This document shows positions 24,430 to 39,355 of a DNA stretch of 64,000 nt, one piece after another; the first letter of the stretch is position 1, and every line of letters begins with the position of its first letter. This stretch comes from Balanoglossus misakiensis. Lineage: Eukaryota; Animalia; Hemichordata. Position numbers and translations under genes: made by a program. Where the stretch lies: positions 4,077,943-4,141,942 of the forward strand of contig CM082595.2 in NCBI GenBank assembly GCA_040954595.2, read 5' to 3'. Under the pieces are notes generated by a model, which was not told the DNA's origin, searched no databases, and saw only the letters and a program-made list of their open reading frames with translations.

Positions 24430-27400
24430 TTTGATTTTTTTTGCGTCAACTGGAATATACGTGTGTATGTCTACAAATTCAATAAAAAGAAAGTTGCGGT
24501 TACTACTGCTCTGCAGATAGATAGATATATTAATAATTAATGCTGCTATCAACATTTAAACTCGCAAATTGAAATACATGTAATGGACTATTTTTGTATG
24601 GCCAATATGGGCGTTCAGTCCAATTGGCTTACAGGTGTTCGCCTGGTACTCAGCTAATGCATGGTTACGCAAACTGACTTTCTTTCAGTAGTGACTCAAT
24701 CGCACACTGTTGAAGAATGACTCAGTGGTTGAACAACTGTAGCTGTGTGTGTAACTATAGAAGAAATGGTTAGCGGCGGTACTGAGCTAATGAGTAGGCT
24801 ATCCATCATGATTTCTTATGCAAATTACATAGCTATGAATGGCCTTCAGCGGCCATAGGTGGATGTCGGTCACTCGTTCATGTTTGCTTGCAGTAAAAGA
24901 AATCTTGTGATATATGTATATGATTTTAACATTGGTGCAAGGGTGCTTGTTTATTTCCACTGAACGATGTGCTGCTGGAAAGTGTGGAATGTAGATGTTC
25001 CCTAGACAGAGAAGGGAAAGGAGGGGAAGGGAGGGAGGGAGGGAGGGAGAGAACGCGTGTATGTCCACGGGACTGGCTACAAGTAGAGCTGGTGTGACGA
25101 ACAGAAGGCACCGTGCCACACAACTACAGAAATACCAGTAGAATGTGGCGTACACACATATCGCATAGCTCCACTCAAATTACTTTTCCTTCGCTTAAAC
25201 ACCGCGGCAACGTTAACTCCTGCGCAAACAAATGCTGCGCACTCTGGTCAATTTGTGGCAGTGCGTTGCGGCAGTATTGTTGTCTTAACGACGGACGCAC
25301 CGGTAGCCATAGCACACACTGTGTGATTATGAAACAGTTCGCCAAAGCGATTTTAGGCATTTTAGAATGATGGCCGATGAATTAACGGGATGGACGGTTC
25401 GAATAAATAAAAAAGAAGGGAAGGTGATGTCCGTTTGACGGGTGAAAATTGGCCCATCACATTTGGTGCTTACTATACTGACTTCCCTAAAATTTACCAT
25501 TAATTATTCAAGTGCAAGTGCGACCGAATGAAAAACGACATCAAGCCGTTCTTAAGTGACGCATTCCACTATTTTAAGACAGAACAACAGCACCTGAGTC
25601 CTGAACAACAATATATGTCTGTGTTGGACCATAAACGTAAAAAGACACAATTTTATAAGACTACAATGAACGATGATATTGTATCAACGTCCCCCTCCTC
25701 TCATGGGCGACTTCCAGCCCAATTGACCGGTACAGTTTGTTTACGCATTCATTACTGTTATGTTTTAACACTTCCATTTTCCTTACTTACCTTCTACTTG
25801 TGGCAGTTATGGAAGAATCGGTGATCTTTGGTTGGGTCCACACGCTAAAATGGACACAGCACGCTTAGAGTTTGACTCTGAAATAACGTTCTCGCCCTAG
25901 CAGTCGACGGCGATATCCGATTTCGATTTCAGAATACCTGCAGGTCACGTGAGCATTGTCCAAACGATGACAAAGACCACACGCCTTTTAAACGAGTCGT
26001 GTTTGTCAATTACCACTGCGGGTATAACACGAAATCGATAACTGAGTGGACAGACATGTACAATGCAAATGGCTATTGTTCTCCTGTTCTGCAGGCAAGT
26101 GGCATGGGGTGTCACGCCGAGTCGTCGTCGGCGTGACCAAGACACCTGACTGTGTAACTGCACGGTGGTTTGAAAACGGTGTTTGGTAGTGTAGAGACGT
26201 TTAACGTACACAGTCACGTGCACCGTGGCGTTCAGGTGGTGGCACCCCCGGGGGAAATATGAGTGCCCCTTCCACTTATTTCCAAAATCACGCTATAGTA
26301 ACGGTATGTTTGTTCACAAACAAGAAAGGTCAGTTTCCCTATAATTTATGACCACGTAATAACTAGAATACCTATATCGGGTACTCCACACTTACTCAAA
26401 GGTGACGTTTTGGTGAGAGCTGACCCAAATCGTGGATACCAGTTTTCCATTCGGAGATACATAACGACCTACACCAATAACAGAGTGCACTGGTGCATTA
26501 GTATTGAAACAGAAAACAGTTTCATTGCTATTCAGTAATTTTATTCTGGTATTATTCCTCCGACCGGCCAATCCTGGATTTTCTAATTCGGGGTGTTGGC
26601 CCGAGAGTGCTACCGAGAGTGCCACCATGCATTGCGGGCAGCCACCTGCCGCGGTCTCGTAAACCCGACTCGATTGGCCAGTGCCGTTGTCCGTTCACTC
26701 TTCCAACATGTGCGTACAACAGGTGCATGATTGTTGTAAGCCACAGACAGGATTGGCCTTCAGGGACCCTGCCCGTTGCCACAAACACTGTGACGCCCAC
26801 ACTGAAGATATTACACTCAGAATATAGCTATGCAAACTCGTTGCAGCGTGTCTGTTTTTCTCTGGAAGGTATTTCAATTGTTCAGAAGGACGAGAAAATC
26901 AACAAACATGACATAACACGTTCGGAAATGAATAACTTTCGTTTGTAGTCTGATTTGGTTGAAATATCTCTCTCCCCATCTCTCTACCCTCTCCTCATCT
27001 TGAGCCCCCTTTCCCCATGCACAGCTTATCTGTTGGAGACAATGGATAAATAAATAGATACGACAAAACAAGCAATATTCCTAAAATATATGTCCAGGGA
27101 CCAAAGTGACTTTTACTGTGCACGTGTATGGTAAAATTCAACATAAATAAGACCTGTTCACATTTCTAAATTTCTAAAAAATCACCATTTATTTCTTATA
27201 AAAACTGTTTTTATGAATATACACATACAAACATGTACTTCCGGAATGACAATCGTGTTCATAGTGGTTTCGATTTAAAGTCATTAGCCTGGTTTCTATT
27301 ATAAACATGATGAACAGAGAAAGGATTTTTAATTTTCAGAAGAAAAAGGGCATTTTTGTTTGTACACAACGGGCATGTGAAGAAAAAAATCTCTAAAAAA

Positions 27401-27606
27401 ATATTCAGCCTTGGGAACCGGGATATGTGAAGAAGTCTAATTATAGCTACTATTATGCAATATATAAATCATTACAATGTATACTACGACAATGTCGTTG
27501 ATATGTAAAATACGAGATATGCTTTGAAAGGATAATATCTCCGTTTAATGATAGGAAAAGGCACTACCAGTTTGAGAATGGCGTGGGTCAGTGATGGTTC
27601 TGAATT

Positions 27607-30600
27607 TTAGAGTTTGTACCGCTTGACTTGGTTTTTGACACTCGCTATGTTTCTCAGTTCTTTGTTCATGTAGTAAGGCTTCTCAGCCGAGCCGTCATTT
27701 CTCTCAAGATCTTCCACTGAAAACAAGAAAATAGAAAGAAGGATTTGGTTTATTCGGCAAAACCAACCGGCTATGGTAAATCAACTATGCATTCGTTACA
27801 TACATGTGCCGGAAAAGATTTCTTGGTGTTGAAACGTAGAAATGACTGTACATGTATTTGGATGTTATTTCCTATATAGCAAGTATCTTTCTCGTATACC
27901 CTTTGTCCTTACTAGTGAATTATATAGGTTTTGTACATAAACTGGTCATACTTACAGAAACAGAGAAATAGAGTGTCTATCGCCATATTGTATACACTGA
28001 AGAACACGGAAGCTATCATGTATGTGAGGACACAGATAACCTACAATGGAAAGATAATCATTTTAGCACGGTAGCAATGGGAGTTATCCCATACCTCAGT
28101 AGTACTGTTCTCAAACATATTTTAATCCCATACACTGCGACCCACGATGCTGTGTGATTCCATGTGTTGCGCGACCACTTGTGGCCAATTGATATTAGGT
28201 CACCTTCATCACCAGTTGTTGTTGTTGTTGTTGTTGTTGTTGCAACCATTATTCTCTTATGGTGACATGACCCACCGGCCTTGTCAGCATCCTTGCGAAC
28301 TGCGCCCCCGACGCCAATACCGAGACTATAAACTTACCACGATGGGGACCCAGAAATAGTTGAGCGTCGGCACAGAGCCGAAGTACCTGGCCAGGTACTG
28401 CTCATACCACGTGACTCTCCCAGTGAAGAAGAAGAAACTGATGACTCCAATTCCAGCCGAGACCATGAGTTTGCTCATGAAGAGGAGGAAATCTACTATC
28501 TTGTCCAAAACCACCACTCTGTAGAAAGTTGAATGAAGAGTATAGGTTTTCAGTGGCTGATCATATGAATACCAGCAGAGTAATAAAATTTAAACTTCAC
28601 ACGTGAAACCCCAGCAAGTGTTTATAAACCACTTTACACTCACCTGACGATATTTCTCATGAGGAGAAAGAATGCATTTTTGGCCGAGGTGCAAAAGTTC
28701 TTTCCATAGATAGCAATCTGAAAGAGACAAATAGATTGATTGCTTTATACGACATTTCTTACGATCTTATGGTGATGTCGTGTCAGTTCTTGTGCTTTGG
28801 TTTCCAACCTAGTCAAAACTAATGGCGGAATGTTATGATGAATTGTATACAGTATAGTTGATGTCAAGGTACACCTTTGGTCACGCCATGATTGGCTTTC
28901 AAAAAGACATGGCCATATTAACCTACCATAATATACGCATTCTTGTTGAGAAACCTCAGAAACTTTTCCAAACACCAGAGACAACACTTCATACACTTGA
29001 GCAGAAATCTGGCCACTTTGTTTTCAGCACCTGTTGAAAATAGAATGGACCAATCAGCTTGTCTTATTTTTGTCAAATTCAAACACCTAATATACATCTT
29101 GATATCATTAACCTGTTTAAGTGTGCAGTAATATAAATATCAATTTGTGCCGCTTACCTTTCAGTTTCTGGTCGATATATTCCAAAGTAACCCTGGCAAG
29201 CTGGACCAGTGCGATTAGAAGTGAACCAAACGCCAAGGAACCTAAGTGGTACCTACAGATAGAAGCAATCTTATTTAGTCTACAATTAAACTATATAGCC
29301 AGCCAGCCAGCCAGCCAGCCAGCCAGACAGACAGACGGACAGTTCTGTGAATATAACGAACTCTGGTCAATAGTAGCCGGGTGCACTTACCGCAAAGCTC
29401 TCCAAACTGACTTGGTTATAGGAAGTGCCGGGATATCTCTGGGTTTGTTGAAAGCCCAGTAATAAGACGCAAAGGCACCGGCCAGGGCCATCTCACCGAA
29501 GGCGACGATGAAATTCATCAACCAGAACAATCCAAGTAATGCATAAAATTGCATGCCGATTAAGTTGGAGCTACCACTGTATTCGATGAAGACGCACTTG
29601 GCCATGGTGCCGTTATTATCAAAGTTCTGGTAAAATAAATTAAAATAGTATTCAAACATAAAATAGCTTAATATTAAATATCATTCATGGATAATTGTAA
29701 ATATATGCTTCGGGAATTTTTTGTGACATGCTGATATGATTATCGCATTAATCTGCTAGTTTCTGTATATTATATTTATTGATTTGAACTGTTTAATCAT
29801 GTACGTGAACATACCGTGGCATCGCATGCTTCTCCGTCCGCCAGAGGGAAGTCCGAAGGTGCGCCCACTACTTTATAGGTGGCACTGTTCGAAGTGGCCA
29901 GGAAGACTGCGAGCACAATCCACACTCCGAATAGTGCCACCTCCAGAATGAATGGTATGATCGGCCACAGTAGAGTAAACATCATGTTCGATATAGCCCT
30001 GCGAAAAACAATAGAGAGTTAGGGAAGAATCATTTCATTTCTGGGGCGGGTGGAGCATGTACGTGATAATGATTTGATTTCCTATATCGCCGAATTTGGG
30101 AAACAAGAATTTATTTTAATATTTACCTGCTTCCTTCTTTGATCAAGGCAATAGCCAGCCTGATTCTGTTACACAGGAAAATTACCAGCAGCAGCAGAAT
30201 GAGTGTGAGGACTGAAAGGATGATAGCTGGAAAATAGAGTTGCAATGATGTAGTTATGGACATTACGCCATATTTATAGTGTTAAATACAGAACAGCTAT
30301 ATTAATATACAAGGGAAGTACAGTACATGTATAATACTCACTGAACGTCAGCCAAGTTTCTTTCATTTTGAAGTAGGCTTGCAACTCAAGTGTGAACTGA
30401 AATGCAATGTTTGAACTACCCAGCGACGCCAAGGCCGTGTATTCAGAAGCACAGCAATAGATACCTGCAGAGAAGATGGGTTAGTATTCATTGCAAATCC
30501 ACTAATATATTATTTATTCATTTATCATCAAATATTCAGAAATAAGACTTTTATAGTTAGTTACATTGATTGGTTGGTTGATTGATTGATTGATTGATTG

Positions 30601-33600
30601 CCAACTTACCAATACCGAGGAGCACAAATGTTATCATGATAGACAGCCAGACCATTATGCCAGCTATCCATCTCATAATGAATATCCAGAGCAGACACAC
30701 TAGCATACCAATGATGGAACCCCTGTGGAAACAATTATAAAAGTCTGTCTGAGACACCCTTCCAATATTTCTGTGCTACGGAGTGAGTTTCTAGTTCGAG
30801 TTCTTGGAGTCAATACAACTCATGTGTCAGTTCATATTTTGCATTGAGAACCGAGGGGCCGAATACTGTTGAAGGTGAACAAGAAACTATTGAATATAAA
30901 CAACGTGAACTGTAACAACTACGGCCCCTTTAATGATGTTGCCAGCACAAAATCACGTTGTAGTAATCGTCACTTACGCTAGCATAAACATCCAGGATTC
31001 ATTGAAGTCATTAAATATTCTATTAGCCACAGCCTGTGCTTCCAGATACGCCGCCAGAGCCCTAAAGGAATAATGGAAAAATATGCAAATTATTAAAGGG
31101 CACGTGTGAGAATTTTCTGTTTATATATACAGTATTGCCAAAGTCCAGAGAGACTCAGTGAAACTGGGGCCTTTACTTACTTTTCGGCATCTTTGACATC
31201 ATCAAAGGATATCGTGTTATTATTTTTATCCTGCAGGGGTCGGTCGCTTCCATCTTTAATAAGGTCCGCACCAGTATCCACTATGAATGATGGGATACAT
31301 CGACCATGAACTGCGAAATAAAATTGAAATATAATTTTGCGCCATGGAAACGTTTTCTTTTGTACTATCGGAGAATATCTCCTTTGATAGGTGGCAGATA
31401 AGTATTAATAAATTTTATTCCAAAATGAATTTGTCAATATTTCGTAAAGATGAATATATCCTCAAACGAGTGTGGAAAACCCTAACCCTACACAGCACAG
31501 TTTATGCTTACGTGGGGTTGATTCGAAATAGTAGGCAGCGCATTCGTCATATTCAAATAACTCCAGTGGTCTCTGCAGAAAATGGAAGAAATACAGAATT
31601 TATAATCAATATAAGCCATTCAGAACCAAAAGAAATCCCACACAACTTATAATGGACACAAGGCTTTACTTATTATAACCAAAGTTGTCATCAAACTTCA
31701 TAACTATTGGCGTTGCTTTGTCCCATACCTTTCCCAAGGATTCCGGGTCTGTTTCATATTCACAGATATATTTTCCCCAGTCCACGCCGCTTGGACCACC
31801 AACTTGGTAAGTGGCCTCGTCATAAATACCGGTCCACGAAGAAGTTGGACACTCAGACACGCAGATCTAGAAGAGTGCGAGAGGGAATTCATTATATGGC
31901 CATTTGTGAAGTAGGAGACTTTTTGTTGGCCACAACGGGATGGCATGCATCTCGCCACGGGAAGGTAGGGGGAAAGGGGAGGGTCAGAGTTTAAAATTCT
32001 TACCTGTTTTGTCGGACACTGAAGTTGCAATAGTGTCGTAGCACTAGCGCACTTGACCAGGTCGAAGTAAAACAAATACGGTCTGTCTCTTTAGTGATCA
32101 AGGTATAACAGGGAAACAGCAGACCAGTGGGGAAAATAGACAAAAATAATTGTGTAAATGTTATGAAATCGTGTTTTGGAATTTTGAATCTATAAAAAAC
32201 TGATAATATATAATGGCGTGCAACATTCTGATCTGAAGGTCAATTCGAGGTCAACGAAACCTACTTACTTTACATATTCGTCATATCCGCATATTTGCCC
32301 TCGATAATCGGTCGGATAGATTAACTTATTCGGATTGCCATTTCTCCAAGCTGTGGAGAAATTAATGAAATGCAAAGTACCTCACAGAATCGAGCTAAGT
32401 TTAGATAGCAGGGGAATCTTTTAATACCTTTCCTTTAAATGCAGTTCTCATACAAAGTTAAATTATGTGGTACATGGAGAAATGATCTTCGGGAAGTGAA
32501 ACGTGAGCTTAACGAACCTCGTGCTTTTTAGTGTATAAATAGCAGTGAAGTGGTTTACCAGGAAAACAGATGTGAAATATTGTGTATCAACTTACCATAC
32601 CCGCCCAAAATAACCAGTCCAACGATGAACGCAATGAATATAAGGCAACAGATTATATCTGTGCATCCCCTATAAGCATAGGGCAATTAAAATTTATAAC
32701 AAATGATTACATTGGTGTAAGAGTTTGAAATCTTCTTGGTTTCCGGGATTCCCGATATGAAATATGATAACAACCAGCTGTATATACAATCAAAGTGTGC
32801 TTTGTTTGACGATGAGGATGTTTCCTTATTACTGCTGCATTGCACATATGTTTGATTCGTAGCTGAGACCAATATGCTAAAAGAGAATCGGACGCTTCTG
32901 TATATATTCAGAGGTTGCAGACAAGAGTGACCTCGGTTTCGAGAAGTCGTGGGACGATATGCTAATATCTGCTCACCTGTTTGCGATTGGTCCTTTAAAA
33001 TTTGGGTCAAATTTCACTGGGGTTCCTGAAATACAGTTAACATACACAAACTTAACATGGCTGTAATAAATTAAACTGTTCGAGTTTCACAATTGTGTTT
33101 TTAGTGTGTATTGATGATTGTGCACTAGTCTTGGCGTACGGCTGAGCATAGACTAACCATGTATGAGTTCAAAACTGAGGAATCGGTTCTTATTTACGAC
33201 ATGGTCGATTTTAGCGTGCTATTGACAAAATGAAACAATGACTGGTGCAGTCCGAGGTCATGAGCAATGCCATATGTGAATGGTGTCTTTTTGCATAATA
33301 AGAATAGGCCTTGAAATACTAGTATCTCTCGCATTGTGTGTACATGTATAGTGTCAACGCTGTGTCAATGTACTCCAGACTATGGGACACACACACACAC
33401 ACGCGTGCATGAGATTGCTGTTAAACATTAGCCAAACTAGCAAATAAAGTAAATATTGACAACTGCAATTTCTGACGTCTGATTCAAACATTCAAACGTC
33501 CCTCATAGGAACATACATCAGATTCTTGGTCTAATTTTAGTACTTACGTCCACACATTGCAGGGTCGATAAATTATTCACAGTCGGTTATTATTTATTTT

Positions 33601-34290
33601 TTGTTCTACCGTTCCGGTTTTGTCAATCCCTTTGTGGTTTATTTTACATTAAAGGGTGGAGAATTGATATGATTCCGCCACCACCCCCGGGGACATTATA
33701 TCTGTTGTTTAGGGGTGTGCCACCTGACGTGTCTTACTGTGGTTTATTGGCCGCGGGGAGGTCAGAGGTCACACACTGAATAACGAGTGTCGACACAAAT
33801 GAAACTCGACCAACCGTTGACACGACCTCGTTTTACAATTATTATATGGTCAACTCTGGACACACTGTTATTTTCCCTTGACAGTCTAATGCTATAGTCG
33901 GTATGAATTTTGAACAGAAATCAGACTTTTCCGCGGATGGTACATATAGTCTACCAAGATGGCGTACATATGAAATACCTGTGTGTGACCATGCCAAAAT
34001 GCTCTTTGTGCAAATATTTCCAACAAAAGAAGTTTTATTGCGTTTCAACCTATATACATGCACCGCACGCAAATTTAGTCAGCCACAAAAGCAGCCTTGT
34101 AAAAAGTATGTCAATTGTTATCACAACTCTCTATGGAGATTCTGACAATTTTAAGTTCCAAATTCGGCAGACGACAATATTTGTACGTGCCGTGCGAAAG
34201 GGAAGTGTATGCAGTACACTTACCGTACTTGCTTTCCGTGTCATTCTCTGCTACAGCTTCGTTCCTACCTGTTGAACTACCACCGCCCAT
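27607..34290 (-). CDS. SLC44A: Choline transporter-like protein (SLC44/CTL2-CTL4-CTL5 group), ~20 exons
   Basis: First coding exon MGGGSS...ESKYG (34290-34224), then [105 protein letters not shown], and [16 protein letters not shown]...KRYKL* (stop 27607-27609). Confidence 0.93.
28214..28242. repeat. (GTT)n microsatellite in SLC44 intron
   Basis: Visible trinucleotide run. Confidence 0.9.
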
Positions 34291-37200
34291 AACGTCATGT
34301 ATCGAGTGCACTTCTTTTTCACGCTGTTAATCTGTTTGTTACAAATAAAAATGACATCAGCGTCAAATCATTGGACTATGCGCAAGCTCTCCGTACAAGT
34401 TACCGCTGGGGTCAAATATGGTGACTTGTTCCCCCGGATCGAGAGTGGCATATATATATGGTTATATTTGTTTACCTATTTACGATTTATGACCCTGTGG
34501 AGCATTGATCTGAATGATATTTAAATTAGCAAAGGTCGTTCCGTGTCATTCTTTCCTGTTGGGGTCAAAGCAGATAGCGCTAACAAGTGTTATGGCGATC
34601 GAAAGTGACAATAGTTTATTCTTTTGTTTTTATTTCGCTTTGGAGAACACCGAGACTAATTGGTTCATGGAACACGTTGAATTTGGGGTGTTTTTTTTTT
34701 TTTTAATTTAAAGGTACTGAGTAAAGTCTGGATAAACCCAAACCGGGTTGTTTCTGTAAAAAGGGATTTGACAACTCGACTTACGTAACGCGAGACACGT
34801 ACACCCCCGCTATTCTGAACAAGTCTTGCTAATTGAAGCAGAGCTCGCGCTACGCGTCCCTGCAGGCAACGCATAGTCCTTTCAGCTCATTGTTATGTAA
34901 GAATACAATTCTTCTGCCGACAAAGGAACGCATATCGGAGGCGACTGTCGAGAGATAAGTCCAGTGAAGTGCACCAGAGGTTTTTATCGCGTGTACTTAC
35001 GATGAAAGCCAATCTTTGCACTTCAGTCTCGTCAAGTACAGGGTTCTTTTATCTGTGAGCAGTTGAAATGAAATTATCCGTACGTATATCTGGCAATTGC
35101 AAGGCGGACTGAACTTGACGACTCATCTATTTATTTTTTCAAACACTTTTCACTTTAAGTTGTGCAAAACTCATTTATGAGTGTGTGTATTTGTGTTTCT
35201 TTAACAGTGCAATTCGACTTTTCACACTAGTATCTGAAGTCAGACACCGTGACTTACAGCTACTGAACGTTCTGTACTCTAGTCGGTGTGCGCGCGCACA
35301 CTCAAACACAAATGAAACACTCAATTCGTCATTTTCCGCCGATGATGGAGTCGTTCAAATTTCCAACGCAGGGCCACGTAGGTCAGAGTTGAGTTTCAAT
35401 CTATTTGCCTGGGCCAAAGCATCCTCCTAGTCGGACCCCTCATCAACACATGCGGGTCAGTATGGTAATGCACGCGCGCGCGTTTTTAATATATACATGT
35501 ATTTAAATTACTTGACTTTGCTGTAAACAAGCGTGCTTGGTTAATAAAATTGCTCAGCAATGTTTTACGAGCAGCCTTTAGTATTTTGCGCATGTTAGTT
35601 GTTGCCAGGAAAAAAATATCAAACATGCGTTGGAAATTTTGCTCAACGGCACAAAAGTGAAAAAAAAAATCGACAAAAATCACCCGTACATAAGATTAAA
35701 TGTACTAAGCAATTTTTTTTCGGATGACTTTGGCTCAGCTAATTTTTCCTGTTTACGTCATACTTTAATTCAGAAATTTGTTGGTGACGTCATTCAAACC
35801 TCCCAACACTCAAACTCGCCGTATGGTGGCGACATTTAAAATTCCTGAACAGGGATCCGGGTCACTGTCCGTTGTGTCAGAACTGACCTCAATCTCTCTG
35901 CCTTCCAGACAACAGGTGCGATCTGTCTGAAAACGTACGCGTGCGTTTTCAATATATATTTAAATTACATGACTTTGCTTGGGTCAACTTTTTCTAGGGC
36001 GTCTACGTTGCTCACCTGTCCAAACGTGCTAAGCGTAAGTGACCAATCACAAGCGCTGTGGTTTGCCTGTCTCAAGTAATTGACCAATCAGAATCGTCAG
36101 GGTATAAATTAATTAGCCAAGCAATGACGATTGCTCGATTGTTTCGTTGTGGTACAGACACGTCTGTGGTTGTGGGTTCATGCTAATCGAACTGTTTGAC
36201 CTCACTGCAATTTCTAATTATTACATGTTATTTGAAAGGCATAAACATGGATCAAAGCTATTTTTAAGGCTGCAGATGCATATAGAAAATCAGAGAAAAT
36301 ATCTGAGAAAAGAGGCGTTTGTTCCAGGGATTTTACTCAGCTATAATTTCTTTTATGTTAGCAGCCTTTTGTTTACAAAATTTTTGATGTCGTCATTACG
36401 TCATTACATCACCTCTCGCCCAGTAACGTCCGGCTAGGTCACGTTACCACAGTGCTATATGTCATTCCCGTCGTTGGTGGCGACAATTAACGTATACATG
36501 TATCAAGGTCTCGGCGATGGTCGGGTGGTCGGGATTACTTTTCAAGAATAAAAAAAATGTTGCATTCAATCTGATACTAGTATTACAGACATCCGTTGTG
36601 GATTTTATTTGGCACTGTTCTTTTGTATGTTAACCGTGTATGTACAACTAGTGTTTATAAGTTGGCAGTGCCAATTGCCATAGACTTGATTAAAGTTTAT
36701 GAAAGAGGAACCAACATTAATTTGGTGAATCTCTGTCGCATTTGTTAAATTTCAGTTTTTGTTCCCTTATGGGAAAAAAGTCATCTGAGTATCCGTCATC
36801 GTGGTTTCTATTACGTCACAAACACGTGAACGCAGACCTCTGACGTAGGCTAAAGGGTTCTGCAATTGTTCGGGGTTATGTATTCTTTAATTTCATTTTT
36901 TGATTATAAAGGATCAGAACGCTAAAAGAGGACTGACTGATCGTCACTATAGCTATAACACAATATCTGTACAGGCGAGTTGATGTCAAGTTTACAGTTT
37001 GGGACAGGCAGGGCGGCCCGTGTTTACAGTAATTAAGAGGCATTTATCATGGGTCAGAGATACTGTACATGATAGCATCATCACATGACCATCTCGTGTA
37101 CGTGGATGTACATGTATACGCGAACATTAGAGTTCACTTTGACACGCTCAGAGTTGGTGGCGTCAGTACAAATCAACCAAGATTGTCTCTAGTTTAAGGA

Positions 37201-37828
37201 CTTATCCAGTCATCAGTTTCTGATCCAAGATCTTCCATGATACTATATGTCAGAGCTTTCTGACCAAAGGTTGCGAAACATCGAACAACTGACAAGAACA
37301 ACAGGCTAGTGTTTATATTTTACCGTGTGTAATTTATATGTTGACGTGAACCTAGCCAGGCCAGGAATTTTAGATGCCACTGCCACTTGGGGGATATACA
37401 CGATATCTAATGTGATTTATGTCAACCCACGTAAAGACAACTCAGGAGTCATGCCAATAGGCTTAAAATAGACTATCAGAACAAGAATGTATAAATTACA
37501 CCAAAAATAATAGCATGTGATAGTGATCGGACTCTACTCAGTTATTTTCTGTAATATGGTATGAATTGGACCGTCATAATACCGTGGATTTTCCAAATAT
37601 TTTCCTATTATGGCCTCGGAATCATCGACATGTGATATTTCATAGGTGCCTACCATCGCCAAGTATCATCGAGCAGAATGTATCAGAGGACAATAGACAG
37701 AAGCGAAAATATATTATCTAGTCAACCCTAATCTATCCAAATATTTACCTCACCAAAATATTGCGTACGTTATAACCGTCACGAGATAAAGTGGGAATGA
37801 TTTATTACATGCGTCGCGACCTTGTTAA

Positions 37829-37842
37829 GCGCCCTCTACTGG
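37829..37842 (-). promoter_or_regulatory. CTCF-like motif upstream of scramblase 2
   Basis: Reverse complement CCAGTAGAGGGCGC fits the CTCF core. Confidence 0.45.
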
Positions 37843-39355
37843 TGATAAAACCGTGGTCGGAGTTCTAACAGGTGGTTTTAGTTGGTCGTACCACGGTCAC
37901 TCGGTCGTACGTACAAATGCCTTTCCAAGACTGTGTTGTTGGGTATAACTTAATGTGTTACGTTATGTTATATACGTAAGCATAAGCTTTTGAGGACTTA
38001 AACTTGATGACGCATTTTAAAGAAGATTGGGTAGTTAATAATCAACGCCGCTGTTTTTTTTGCAGGCGTGGCCTATCAAAATTCATATTTACCATTCATC
38101 ACTGAGAAAACACGCAGGCGTAACTCACATATCGAGCAGTCTCCTTCAAGTCCGTGACGATCGCTTCGTAACTACCAACTAGTCGTCGTCGTCGTTGTTG
38201 TAAGACTAGTGTGGTCTATTGGTCATCTTTCTGGCGTTGATCAGCTCAGCGGGTGTACACGTTCAATATATACGGGTTGAAACAGTCTCCGTCAGTAGGT
38301 AAGTGGGTCTGTATCATTTTGCAGTCGTGCGCACCTTTACGATACCCCCTCCTCGCTATCAGCACCTAAGAAGCTTGCTTCCCACGACTCTCAACACACA
38401 CATCGGAACAACCTGCCAAATTTGCCGCAAAAAACATCATATCCGCCACGTCCAAGATTTAAGTCTTTTACCGTGTTGTGGTGACCTTTTGGATGTACCA
38501 ATAGAGGCAAAGTCGCACATTTTATGAAAAAACGCAGACATAGTTCTTTGCCTGTAGTGTAAAAAGGTAGTTTCTCTCCGAGATGCCTTTACACACTTAT
38601 GTCTGTATATATTCCCCAAGTATCAATGAATGGAAGTTTCACTTATCTGCGCATGATTCTCAGTAAATTCAGAATTATATTTCGCCCAAAGAAAGAACTT
38701 TAAACTACATCAACAGACCGATTTTCCTACTAATTCCCAACCCCGCGCCATTTTCTCAGTAATTTAACCGAGAGATTTCATAACTCGGACATACAATACA
38801 TAAATCATGACATTCGTTGACTGTACTTTGCTGTGTCAATAGACATGGTTAGCGGCGAACTTTGACCTTACCGTCGTCATGGTATCTCGGATACCGAGGC
38901 TGGAACTGTGATTCCTATTGAGAATCCCAAATGCGAGTTTGCATAACGAAACGAGTAAACGGACTTTGCACCTTTGTATATTTGATAATTCAACATCGAC
39001 TATGTGGTATTACATAATTAGATTATTTTAGCATTTTGTATAGTTGAAGCCTTTTCCCCCAAGGCAACAACTGTGATATTTAAACTTGTTGTGTGTACCA
39101 CTCTAGTACACGACAAATACGTGGATTGAACACATGCAAATGTACCATCTGGTCATTTTTCATAAATATTTAAAATGTGTACTAAAGCAGCTTAAAATTC
39201 TAAATATTGCCATATATCCATCATATATATCATTGTTTATTAAATATAATATATGGCGTTACCACAGAAAACTGTATAATTGGCCAATATCGCCAGGCAG
39301 TCGAACAGTTGTCATTTTCTGTTTATTTTCATTTTAGGACATTAATTGAATAAAT

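Noticed and set aside
24700-27100. Short ORFs and GC-richer patches between scramblase 1 and SLC44
   Set aside because: No recognisable domains or consistent exon chain; probably promoter/UTR plus decayed repeats that I cannot classify.
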